Positions 1-11,371 of a stretch of DNA of 64,000 bases are shown here, one piece after another. The position numbers were made by a program, and so were the translations under genes. The first letter of the stretch is position 1; each line of letters starts with the position of its first letter. Source of the DNA: Podarcis gaigeae (lineage: Eukaryota); NCBI GenBank assembly GCA_964106915.2, contig OZ066922.1; one strand, written 5' to 3'. The notes beneath the pieces are model-generated. The model saw nothing but the letters and a program-made list of their open reading frames with translations, searched no databases and had not been told where the DNA came from.

Positions 1-342
1 GGCTTGAATTATTTGCTTATGTTCTAGGTTAAATGAATGGCTAAAAGTCAATTAATCATGGTATTGTGAAAATGTTTTGAATTCATTGCACTTTGCAATC
101 TCCTTGTTTTTAATTGAATTTTAATTTGTTGTTTTGCAGTACAGCAGTATCTTTGTAGAGGCAGGGTTTACTGCTTTTGATGCTCACTGTGAAGAAGTAA
201 GGATAGATTAACAAAGGGACTTTTCATCAGCATCTTTGCAGGATTCACATATATAGAAATGTTACTATGGCCTTCATAGTAACATTTACTATGGGAAGAT
301 TTAAATGTGTGATGTTCTGATGTGTTTTGGTATATTCTGTTG

Positions 343-423
343 AAAGCCACTCTGAGTGGCTGGGGCAACCCAGGCAGATGGCTGGGGTACAAAATCATCT
401 ACTACTACTACTACTATTATTAT
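343..423 (+). mobile_element. L2-clade LINE 3' tail fragment
   Basis: aagccactctgagtggctggggcaacccaggcagatgg... plus (CTA/TTA)n tail; same as the 3' end of the copy at 26489-26938. Confidence 0.7.
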
Positions 424-2299
424 GTGCCTAGGTGGCTTTGAACAAGTTACTCTTTCTTGGCCTCAGTTGTCTAACTAGGCATAATGGTATTATAAGGATG
501 CTTGTGCTAAAAATATTGTGCAGAAAATGTTAAATAAGACATAGTGCAGCATTTGCTTTCAAACATTGGATAGTGTTGGCTTTCACATACATGCAACACC
601 AACATTTTATCCTTGGATTTAAGGGGCTGCATATTGGTAATAAATTATCTTTTTTTAGCAGTGGGAGATCTCAGAAGAGTTATCCTCCTTTTTTTAGACC
701 AAATGTGTGGCCTTTTATGCTAAAGGAAGAGGGAAGTTTTGGAACTCATAAGGGGATATTTTAAAAACTCCAACAGCCTATGTTTCTACATTTTACTTTG
801 CTGCATATTTTGTGATTTTAAATCTACAGTATTGGTGTTTTCTCACCAAAGAGTACTTGCCCCAGGAATTCCCGTTATACCTATTTTTTCCTCGTGCCAT
901 CAGCAGTTGTAGATTTTTGACACTAAGTCATGTGGATGACTCTTCCTGTTATTATTATTCCTATTTAAATGAGTAAGCCTCATATTGACCATATGGCTTG
1001 TCTTGTGCAATGAAGGGAAAATTAGCAACCATAATACAGCCAACAGGAAACAGCTGTTGTGATTTGTTTGTCTAGTTCTTTTTAGTTTTCTTGATGCATA
1101 AGATTCCTTGGTGTACAATAGATTTCAATCTCCCTGTGCTAAAAAAAAAGTTTGAAAATGCAATAATAGCATATCTGATGGGCTCAGAAAATTTCTAAAT
1201 CTCACTGCTTTACAAGGAGAGCAGGAGGGATGTGTCAAGTCTTTGCTTATGCCTAGCCATGTATCCCATCCCTTGTCAATGTACATTTTGAGCTATGTAA
1301 CCTGTACTCTGAGTTGGTGCTGAGACCATGTGCTAATTTCATTAATAATTTGGGGATTTCCAAAGCAGAGTCCGAGTTCTTCATCCAAGGGTGAGAGCCA
1401 GGACAATGTACTGGTTCTGTATAAGACAAAGAAGAAGAGCTCATGTATATCCCATGGTCCTTTGTCATTTTCCCTTGATGGAATACTTGGCGAACTTGCC
1501 AATCTGTCAGGAACAAATTGCTGAAATGCAAAATAAAACAATCAAAATATGTTGATAGGCAAGTGAAGACATGTTTAGCAGCAGCAGGCATGACCTGGCA
1601 CCAGAAAGCATTTATGCAATTATAGTTAATTATGTGCATATAAAATATGCAGATTGAATGGAGCCACAGAGTTTTGAAAGTGCTCCAAAAATAACCTTTG
1701 GTGCTGGACAGAATTGCCTAATCGCCTTGGTTTGATTTCAGCAAGATATTCCTGTAATATGGGACTTGTTAGGTTCAGAACTGACTGGTTTTCTACCTGG
1801 AGGTTGCTGTACTGTTGGGGCAACTCTTAAGGCATGAGAAACTGCCGTTTTCAGTATACAGATGTAAATCTTTGCTGTTGTTAAGTTTCCTCTTAGTCAT
1901 CCTGTTTAAATGTGTCAAATGTCAGAGGTGTGGACTTCAGCTGCATTGCAACATGCAAGCAGCACCAGCTTGGATGAGCATTTAATGCATTTTTGTATTA
2001 TTGTTTTACATTTTCTGGTTTTAATTGTTTTTATTTGTGGTATTTTTCTCTGGTTAAGTCACTTAGTAAAAAGAGACTAACGAATCAATATTAACAAATA
2101 GCAGCAACATCTTTACTTTCAGAATTTCCCCTTATGAATAAGTGAAACTCCTTCAGACTCTTCTTCTCCTTGCCCACCCCCAAATCCATTGTTGGGAGCA
2201 ACTTCACTGGTTACCTAGGTGTTGCCTTTCCTGCTTGCAGGCATGAGCATGAATAAAAGCCTGGGGAGTACTTAAGAGCGTGTAAGCGAACATAATTAA

Positions 2300-2497
2300 C
2301 TAGAAGATTCCATACTGCTGTATTTGGGGCAGTGTGTCTCTGAATACCGGTTGCTAGGGGATTCAATTGGGGATGATGCTGTTATGCTTATGTCCTGCTT
2401 GTGAGCATCCCTCAGACCTCTGGCTGAACACTGGGGATACAGGATGCTAGACTTAACAGGCCTTTGGTCTGATCCAGCAGAGCTCTGTCTTGTGTTG
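2300..2497 (+). mobile_element. Degenerate CR1-type 3'-tail retroelement (SINE/LINE remnant)
   Basis: caggatgctagac...ttggtctgatccagcagagctc; related copies at about 18190-18350 (-) and 21230-21362 (+). Confidence 0.5.
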
Positions 2498-3157
2498 TTA
2501 TTTTCACTTTTTCCCATCCACATCTAAAATAACCAGTCCATGATGCTGCTGAATAATTCTTTCTTCCCTCCTGCATTTATAACTTCCAGTGTTATTAAGG
2601 ACATCTGTCCTTTCCTCCCAGTAGATAGAAATCTATAGAAATACTGTATAGAGTTGGAAGTGACCCAAAAGGTTATCTCGTCCAAACAGAAGGAATGAAT
2701 TGGTGAAGAACACTTGGCAACGTTTTTGGCAGTCATTTGCAGCTGTTCTTGGGCTTAGCTCTGTACTGCCATTTCCTGGCTGTGCTCCTTTCCAGTGATT
2801 ATCCTGCAGTTGTAAGAGACTGGCATGCTCAAAGTGCCAGCATGCTGAATAGTCTTGAGTCAGGCCCTAATTTCCCTGCTGATTACTTCTTGTTCAAGTG
2901 CACTAACGGACAACATGGGAGTTGGGGAGAAGATTCACACAAACTCCACAATTTTTCTATAATTCTTGGTCAGAGATTATATCTTAACTGCAGCAAAAGT
3001 AAGTGGTGGGTTAGAGGGGAAAACAGGACACAATGTTCAAATTCTAAAGTCTGCAGGGTCTTTTGTTGGTTGGTTGGTTTTTGTTTGCATCCTGGAGTAT
3101 TTGCAAACTTGTTCAAGCTGCCCTACTGTGGCTTTTGAATTCTCTATCCCCCCTCCA

Positions 3158-4107
3158 ATTTTTTAATTCATTTTATAACACAAATAAAGGACACAAACAG
3201 AAATACAAACAGATTATTTTCTTATCCTTATTTTTCTAAACATTGTTAGGTGGGCTTCCCCAAGTCCCACCTATCTGATTTTCATTTTACTTCATCTTTA
3301 GCAGTTTACATATATCATAATTTCTAACCATCTTTTTTTTTTAATCACACTTACTTTAATCATAAAAAACTTCACATTTTATCACTTACAAATAATACTA
3401 TTTTAAAATACACTATCTTCTACTTCTAACCCCACAACCTATATCCACTTCCAAAGATATTCTTAAATATTAACATATTTTTTCAAATATTCCTTAAACT
3501 TACCGGTATTCCTATCTTTTCCCACCATCTCTTCTCTCTGATCTCGGAGTCTCCCGGTGAGTTTGGCAAGTTCAATATAGTCCATCATCTTCATCTGCCA
3601 TTCTTCGATAGTTGGTAAATCTTGTTTCTTCCAATTCTTCGCTAGCAATATTCTCGCAGCTGTTGTGGCATACAGAAAAAAAGTAACATCCTTTTTGGGG
3701 ATTTCATCGCCCACTATACCAAGTAAAAAGGCTTCTGGTTTCTTAATAAATGTGTTTTTCAACACTTCATTTTCAGTTCATTATAAATCCTTTCCCAGAA
3801 GTCTTTTACCTTGGGGCACGTCCACCACATGTGGTAAAAGGTTCCTTCTTTTTCTTTACATTTCCAGCATTTATTGTGAGTATGATACATTTTTGCTAAC
3901 TTCACTGGTGTTAAATACCATCTGTACATCATTTTCATCAAATTTTCTCTTAATACATTACAAGCTGTAAATTTGATTCCTTTTTTCCACAATTTCTCTC
4001 TCCCAATCCACAATCATGATATTGTGCCCCACATCCCTGGCTCATTCAATCATTACAGGTTTCACTTGTTCATCTTTTGTATGCCATTCCAGCAATAAAT
4101 TATGCAT
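3158..4107 (-). mobile_element. 5'-truncated L1-clade LINE (ORF2 C-terminus plus 3' UTR), frameshifted
   Basis: ORFs 3759-4013 and 3463-3765 give the CCHC zinc knuckle CWKC...HMWWTC and FLLGI...AARILLAKNWK; AT-rich 3' UTR towards 3158. Confidence 0.85.
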
Positions 4108-4354
4108 CTACCCCAATGGACCAACACAACTGTTTATGATTTTGATATGCAATATGAGATACTTCCCAGTCTGCTTCCAGGTTGTTGATTCTCACTTGGG
4201 AACCTGAAATCTTGAAACACCCATAGCTGCTTCTTGGCATGTTTTGCTTCTTTGATAGAGGATCATTCAAGTATAAGAGAGTTTGCTGAGCTCATGCTTC
4301 TTGATGAGTAAATGTGCTCAGCCAGTGATATGATTTCTTGCTTTTGTTGAGTAC

Positions 4355-4495
4355 ACACCATACATGTAAAGCACACGCCCCCAGCAAAGAATCCTGGGAA
4401 CTGTAGTTTAAGGGTGCTGGGAATTGTATGTCAGGTAAACTACAGTTCCTAGGATTCTTTAGGTGAGGGGAAATGTGCTTTAAATGTATGGGGTA
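4355..4495. mobile_element. Palindromic MITE-like element
   Basis: Imperfect inverted arms: ccatacatgtaaagcaca...aaagaatcctgggaactgtagttt / aaactacagttcctaggattcttt...tgtgctttaaatgtatgg. Confidence 0.65.
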
Positions 4496-5503
4496 CTTAG
4501 CCCCCCAGCTTCCTCTCCCCTATGGCAGATTGAGGCACTTTAAAAAACCTTGTGCACTGGGATTTTACATTCCTGGGCAGATAGCCAAGTTCACCACAAC
4601 ATTGCTTTGCCTTTCCACGAAGCCCTATATCAGTGGACATGTTCACTAAGCATGTTCCTATAAGACAGCGTGAGCAGCTTATCAAATATAGTGAATTACA
4701 TCAGATTCCCTCCCCACCCCCATTATGTACTGAGATCAAATTGCAACCACAAAAGCTAGAAAATTACTTTTTACAATGAAAGCTGATATTCTCAGAATGC
4801 TAAATGAGTGCATTAGGTGCATGGGGCTCACTTGTAGACCACATGATGCAAAGCACTCAGAGGACCATCTCAGAATGCTGGGTATGCATATTTTTTTGTT
4901 CTGTGCCTTCGTGTTTGAAAACCTATCTGTCTGGACTTTCAGGTTCTCTGAGGCTCATCATAGTTCGCGTGCTGAGCCTCTAACATTGCACCGAGTCTCT
5001 CTCTTCTAAAAGTTTGAAGCAGTTGACCCTGAGGGAAACACCTTACCAAACACAGCAGAGTTCAGCTAAAAAGGCTCTTCAACCCCCAGGGAACCTTATA
5101 AGGTGACTAACACTGGAGGATTCTTCGTGACAAAATCAGTCATGATTTTATTTCCTTTTACCCCTATGTGGGCATCGCAAGGCACACAGAGGAGCCTTGA
5201 GAGAGCAAAATGTTGGCACCTCAGTTAGACAGGAGGGAGTCAACCCAGATTTCCCTTCTTCATGTCCATCTAGCCCTGTATGCCCAACCCCAACCCCCCA
5301 GCCACCACCTCTTCCTTCTGCTGGTCCTGCTCCCCTCCTTCTTTTCCACTAGTAGCTGCCTCTTTCTCCTCAGCCACTGGGTCCATTTGTGACATTACAG
5401 GGAGTCTGTACCCAATGGCAACAGCTGGGGAACGATCTGCACAGCTTTCTATTATCTGTCTTGCGGTGGTGTGTGTGTATCGAACACTACTTAGATATAT
5501 TTA

Positions 5504-5847
5504 AAGATAAAGGGACCCCTGACCGTTAGGTCCAGTCGTGGACGACTCTGGGGTTGCAGTACTCATCTCGCTTTACTGGCTGAGGGAGCTGGCGTGCAAC
5601 TTCTGGGTCATGTGGCCAGCATGACTAAACCGCTTCTGGCGAACCAGAGCAGTGCACAGAAACTCCGTTTACCTTCCCGCCAGAGTGGTACCTATTTATC
5701 TACTTGCACTTTGACGTGCTTTCGAACTGCTAGGTTGGCAGGAGCTGGGACCAAGCAACGGGAGCTCACCCCGTCGCGGGGATTCGAACTGCCAACCTTC
5801 TGATCAGCAAGGCTCTGTGGTTTAACCCACAGCGCCACCCGCGTCCC
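5504..5847 (-). mobile_element. Sauria SINE, near full length
   Basis: - strand 5' end gggacgcgggtggcgctgtgggttaaacc, B-box gttcgaatcc, core gcaagtagataaataggtacc; flanked by tagatatattta/tagatgtattta (12-bp TSD, 1 mismatch). Confidence 0.9.
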
Positions 5848-6237
5848 GTCTAGATGTATTTAGAAAGCCATTTATTTAGAAATAGAAGCTGGGTTTCTTA
5901 AGGCTTACTGCTCTCTTCATTACTTTCATGAGTGGTCTATGGAAAAAGTTTGCCAGCTTCTGACAACTGTGAAAGGCACAAACATAGTGAGAGGGATGGC
6001 TACCATCCAGCAGCATCACCCAGGCATTTCCACTAGCTTCTGCCAATTTCATCCCTGACTTCAGCCGCCCAACTTCCACTGGCTTCCACCCATGAATGTT
6101 GACTGGTTCACGCATGCACCCTTCACCTGGAGAGCGGCCTCTTGAATGCGCAATTCCCAGGCACACCACATCCAGAGGGTGACCTATGCCGCCTCTGAAT
6201 TTACCCAGACACACACCATTTGTTTCAAACACATTCA

Positions 6238-6691
6238 AAGCCACCCCTCCCAGTTTGGTGTCATCTGCAAATTTGATCAGGATGCCCTTGAGTCCATCAT
6301 CCAAGTCGTTGATAAAGATGTTGAATAAGACCGGGACCAAGACAGAACCCTGTGGCACCCCACTAGTCACTCTTCTCCAGGATGAAGAGGAACCATTGAT
6401 GAGCACCCTTTGGGTTCGGTCAGTCAGCCAGTTACAAATCCACTGAGTGGTAGCATAGTCATGACCACATTTTACCAGCTTCTTTACAAGAATATCATGG
6501 GGCAGCTTGTCAAATGCCTTGCTGAAATCAAGGTAGGCTACATCCACTGCGTTCCCTTCATCTACCAGGCTTGTAGTTCTGTCAAAAAACGAGATCAGGT
6601 TAGTCTGACATGACTTATTTTTCAGAAATCCATGCTGACTATTGGTGATCACAGCATTCCTTTCTAGGTGCTCACAGACTGTATGTTTAAT
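6238..6691 (-). mobile_element. CR1 LINE internal reverse-transcriptase fragment
   Basis: ORF 5876-6706 N-terminal half: [16 protein letters not shown]...[13 protein letters not shown]...SGVPQGSVL...FNIFINDL...[12 protein letters not shown]; no stops. Confidence 0.92.
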
Positions 6692-6941
6692 ACTGTAGTA
6701 CATCAAACATTAAAAGCTTCCTTAAACAGGGCTGCCTTCAGAAATCAAAGGTGGGGTTGGAAATTGTGCTCCTTTTTATAGCTGAATGTATGTGCAGATG
6801 AGAGATGAATCTCCTTTCCCTTAGCTGTATCACTGTGGCTACTTTGCGACCTAATACAAACTGGGCTGGTGGGCGAATCATATGGAACACAGAACTTTGA
6901 GTTTAACTAGATCCACTCACCTGTGTACTGTGTTCTGTTGA

Positions 6942-7105
6942 ACAATAATAATTTAATAATAATAATAATTTATTATTTATACCCCGCCCATCTGGCTGGG
7001 CTTCCTCGGCCACTCTGGGCGGCTTCCAGAAAAATATTAAAATACTGTAGTACATCAAACATTAAAAGCTTCCTTAAACAGGGCTGCCTTCAGATGTCTT
7101 CTAAA
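6942..7105 (-). mobile_element. L2 LINE 3' end fragment
   Basis: (AAT)n tail then tataccccgcccatctggctggg...aaacagggctgccttcagatgtcttct; reverse complement of 26760-26938. Confidence 0.85.
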
Positions 7106-10100
7106 ATAGACAAAATAATAGACCCCTTCAGTTTTGTATCTAAACAGGGCAGGTAGAATAAGCATAGCTTACCTGGCTATGGGAAGGCAGAGCAAGAGCT
7201 GAGGGGGTGGGGCAGGTTTCAAATGTTGCCAAGGGCCTTGGGGGCTACATGTGGCTCTTGGACCACCCTGCCCTAAATGCTGGAGATAATGGATCTACCC
7301 TCCTTCCACTACAAACTAGCTTCTATGTGCAGGGATTTGTCTTCTGATTATTGATAATTATTATTTATGGAAGAGCATTTTAAAAAGTGGTACAGTCCAC
7401 AAATAGGTTTTCCACTGATATTTCTTATTAAATGACATTTTAAGTAGAGAAAGAGATGCATTGAGTTTTGTTGTTCTCTATCAGCCTCCAGATGGCCAAG
7501 CTATAAAAGGGGATTAATTATCCTGTATATGTGAACACAGAGTCTTTGTCTTAGCTCACTTCATTTATTTATTTTCTGTTTTGCATATGCCATGAGTTCT
7601 CTCTCTCCCATTGACTCACTGATGACCCCCGGGATAGTCTCATCTGTAAAATGGGCCATTTTCTTGGGACAGAAAGGAAAATTTACTATACATTTCCTAT
7701 GATTTCTAGTTGTATTTTGATAGGGATCATATTGCATGATGGCATGGAACTTGTGAGGATTTACAGTGCTTTTTGCAGATTCAGATTTCGCTTACAAGGA
7801 ATAGTTTTATGGTTCAGGAGTTTTGTGAAAGAAAGCTGTATTCAGTCTCTTCAGTATAGAAAATAAAACTCAAGCCAAGCTGTATTAATCAAGTATCTTT
7901 TAAAAAAAAATTAAAATGTATTCCTGACAAACCTACAAACAGGTTAAAAACTGAGAGAGCTGATCTTTTTAATCCATTGCTGGGGGAGGGGGGTTACTTT
8001 CTGGCAGATTTTCTCATTCCCCAGTCTTGATGGCAGCTGAGGGCAAATGCCTGCTACTATTTCAGCAATAAATGAAAAGAAAACAGGTTTAGTAACTAAA
8101 CCACACGATTGTGCAATAAACTACTAACTACCTTGTTTAAATCTGAAAAAGTAAATGCATTGGTTGGTAGTAGTAAACATGTATAGGACTGGGAGAAAAG
8201 TGTGGTCTCCTGAAAATGCCTACTCCAATCTTATACACACTGATTTGTGAGTAATGCCCATTAAATTTAGTGACTATGGTTCATGGGATGCAGCTTGTAA
8301 TTAAGGCTGTGTCTGCCCTTGGGTTGCCATTTTCTTGCTGGTTCTATTTCTGCCTCCCAGCTGCCATTTTGTAATTTACTCTGCTGGGGGATGCCAGGTC
8401 TCTGGTTAAAGAAATAAAATAAAATTGCACGACAGGGGGAGAGAAAGCAGTTGTTTCTGTTAAGTATTGTTAAAATATCACTTGGGAAAGAAGTATGATG
8501 TAATATTTAAAGGCTCAAGTCTTGATAGCTTTTTCTAAAGTCTAGCAGATTTGTAGTCCAAGCCTTGCTTTCATTCTCAGTGTGAAAGGAAACAGTTGGG
8601 TTTCTGCTGTGGCGGATCAGGCTGTTAATGAAGAAATCTTCACTTTTGGAATTTGGCTAGTATTCAATGCAATTCGTAACTAATTACAACGTGTTGAGCA
8701 TTGTCTCTTTGGAGAGCTGTTACTTGAGAAGATTACCAACAAGCTAAAAGTTGCATCCTCATTATTGAAGTTCTCAGTTGTGATTAACCTTATTGCATGA
8801 AATTGTAACGTCCCTAGCCTTCGGAGCACTTTCCACTTTCCACTGTTGCAATGGGAGTCTTTTTTAAAAAATTGTTCGTTGCGGGTTGGGGAGCTGATAG
8901 TTCGAAAGAATCATTAAGTCTTCAAGTCATTAAGACTTGAATTACACGATTCTGCAATAAACCTATGCATCACTAGCACATAACTGTACGTGTGCTTTTG
9001 GTTTGCCAAGCTACAGTAGCCTTGGTTGAAAGAAATAGGGACCCCCTAGATTAAAGTCACTTGAGTAAAAGTCATAAGAACCACAACATAAACCATTGTG
9101 GATTTTGTTGTTGCTCTTGTTGCTTCTACTGACCTCCTATGAATTATCACCTGACAGAGACTTGACTCCAAAGCTGACACATTATGGTGGCAAGTATGAC
9201 CAGTTTTCCAGGAAGCATAATACTGTATATGACTGGATTTTACTCTTGAATGTAGCAATATATGTAGCTGAATAGTTCTTCAGTCAGTCTAAAAGCGACA
9301 AAAAATGAGGGAATATCAGACTTCTGTGATCCATGCAAATCATGAAATAATACTGTTTTAAAAATCTCATTCTGTTTTGAACTTTCATCAGTTCCACTGT
9401 AAGTTATGCATTGCCCTATGCCAAGAATTCCATGGCAATTGTGATGCCTTGCAGTGGTGCCATATGATGAATAGAAAAACCTGACTGTTCCTAGCATGCA
9501 ACTGCATGTGATATGGTTTTCAAAACTTTAAATGTGTTTACCTAAGCACCAATATAGTAGTGTTTGGAGTAAATTGTGTATTTCCAGTTGAAGCTAGTAC
9601 TGTATATTAAATCTCTGATGTCGTACGTTTGCATGTTTTGGATCCATGTAATCAGACATATTTCATGGGAAGGTATGTTTCATTCATAAAGGTTAACCAG
9701 GCATCACTGGGGGTGGGGGGGATGAAATATTATGGGGATGTAAAAGATTTTTGTATTATCCAAGTAAAGCAGGGTGCTGGATGTAGGTGGCGGAGGCCTT
9801 GAAACAGAAGAAGACTTGAATTTCTCACACCAAAAGAAACCCACATTTTTAAGGTCCTCTCATGGAAGAAATTTACAATAATTAAGTTTCACCCCCTAAA
9901 ATGGTATTCCTTGCTGTGGCGTGTCAGATAGCTGCCGCACCTGCTACTCCTTCCCCTCCCTCTCCCAGGACGATGTCTACAAAGGCGCATTACAAAGGTC
10001 TCAGACAGTCCTGAGTTGAAGCGTCCATCCCTTGTCCTGTACCCAACTGTGCTAAGGCTGCCTCTGATGCCGATTGCTCTGCAGAGAATATGCATCAGAG

Positions 10101-10791
10101 GAAGAGCTGGTTCTTGAATACATTTTCAGCTTGACAAGAAAATGTTTGGGAAAGCGCTCACTGAAGCATTTTCTTCATGCACAACAAAGGCTGAAGAAGG
10201 GACAAGCAAGGTCAATGTCTCAAATTATGCTCAATTATTTATTACACTGTGCTCTTATACGAACAGAGTGTAGTTCAATATGTTAACGCCACACAGGCTA
10301 CACCTCCCTCTTATTGACTGAGACTAAAAACAAAAGGGGGTAGAGGGCTAATGGGTACGAATAGAGGAGTGGAGAGATTACTTACTCCTGGCCAAAGGAC
10401 TATGAACAGATGCATTTCCAGAGGAGAGAGATCAACCGAGTGCCTACTAAATGTTTCATTTTAATTACGTGGAGAAATTTCTAATGCTGGTTTGCACTCT
10501 GTAGTAACTGGAATGTGGCTATGTCTCTGTGTTGGTGGCGGTGTTTAAAAACATTATCCCAAATGTGAACCAGGATGTGGCGAGGCATGGCTATCTCCCA
10601 AATTAGAAGGCTGAGAAATGACCTGTGACTAGTTAACCGTTCAGATTGTGCATGGCCCGAAAGGTTTTGTGATGACTGGGTAAAATTGTGACAGATCAAA
10701 CAAAGAGCCAAGCAGTAAAGTTCTAGAAGAACTGATTTTAGTCAGTAGGGTGGATCTAAAGAATGGTGAATAGAAGAAGTAAGTTAGGGGT

Positions 10792-10829
10792 GTATCTGAA
10801 GAAGTGTGCATGCACACGAAAGCTCATAC
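10792..10829 (+). ncRNA. Minimal type-I hammerhead ribozyme motif
   Basis: GUAU-CUGAAGA-A-GUGUG(CAUG)CACAC-GAAA-GCUC-AUAC: helix I GUAU/AUAC, core CUGANGA and GAAA, 5-bp helix II, palindromic AGCU helix III, CUC cleavage triplet ending at 10825. Confidence 0.75.
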
Positions 10830-10923
10830 CAAGAACTGACTTAGTTGGTCTTTAAGGTGCTACTGGAAGGAATTTTTTTTGTTTTGACTATGGCAGACCA
10901 ACACGGCTACCTATCTGTAACTG
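10792..10923 (+). mobile_element. Penelope-like element terminal fragment
   Basis: ctgaagaagtg...cacgaaagctcatacc...ttagttggtctttaaggtgctactgga...gcagaccaacacggctacc resembles vertebrate Penelope terminal repeats as I recall them. Confidence 0.75.
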
Positions 10924-11260
10924 GAGCTACCACTGCTGTTAAGCACTTGTTTAAGCACTAGGAGAAGAGTTCAGTCAGTCAGTGACCAAGTTACCTATAT
11001 AAACTTGCCTTACATGCTGATTCTCTTGTTAATCTTGTCTCTTTCAAATTGCTCAGATTAGCACTTTAGTTTCACATCACCCAATCTAAGGCCGACAGTC
11101 TAGTCACTGTATCTTCAGGTTCTCAGATATTAAATATATCTTTCTTACCTGTTTTTTTTAATAAATAAAATGGGCTGGAATGTTCTGTTAAGTTCATGTA
11201 TCCATGTCTACCTCAAGACAGCAGTACTGTTCACCACTGAATTCCTTTCCCTCTCCCTAG

Positions 11261-11371
11261 GTCTTCTTGTGGGAACTCTTGATGTTGTGCTGGATTCAAG
11301 TGCAAGGGTAGCGCCATATCGAATTCTATACCAGGCTCCAGACTCTATGATATACTGGACTATTGCCTGTG
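11261..11371 (+). CDS. TBC1D9: TBC1D9 exon 2 (111 nt)
   Basis: ctctccctag|GTCTTCTTGTG...GCCTGTG|gtaagt; (G)[36 protein letters not shown]. Confidence 0.95.

Noticed and set aside
1253-1639. Three overlapping ORFs (128, 82 and 64 aa) in intron 1
   Set aside because: No recognisable domain, no splice context; lengths compatible with chance.
9945-10020. Strong polypyrimidine tract + AG at 9968 suggesting a cryptic exon
   Set aside because: No convincing donor nearby and reading frames do not resemble TBC1D9; TBC1D9 exon 1 (MWVNPEEV...) is not in the window.
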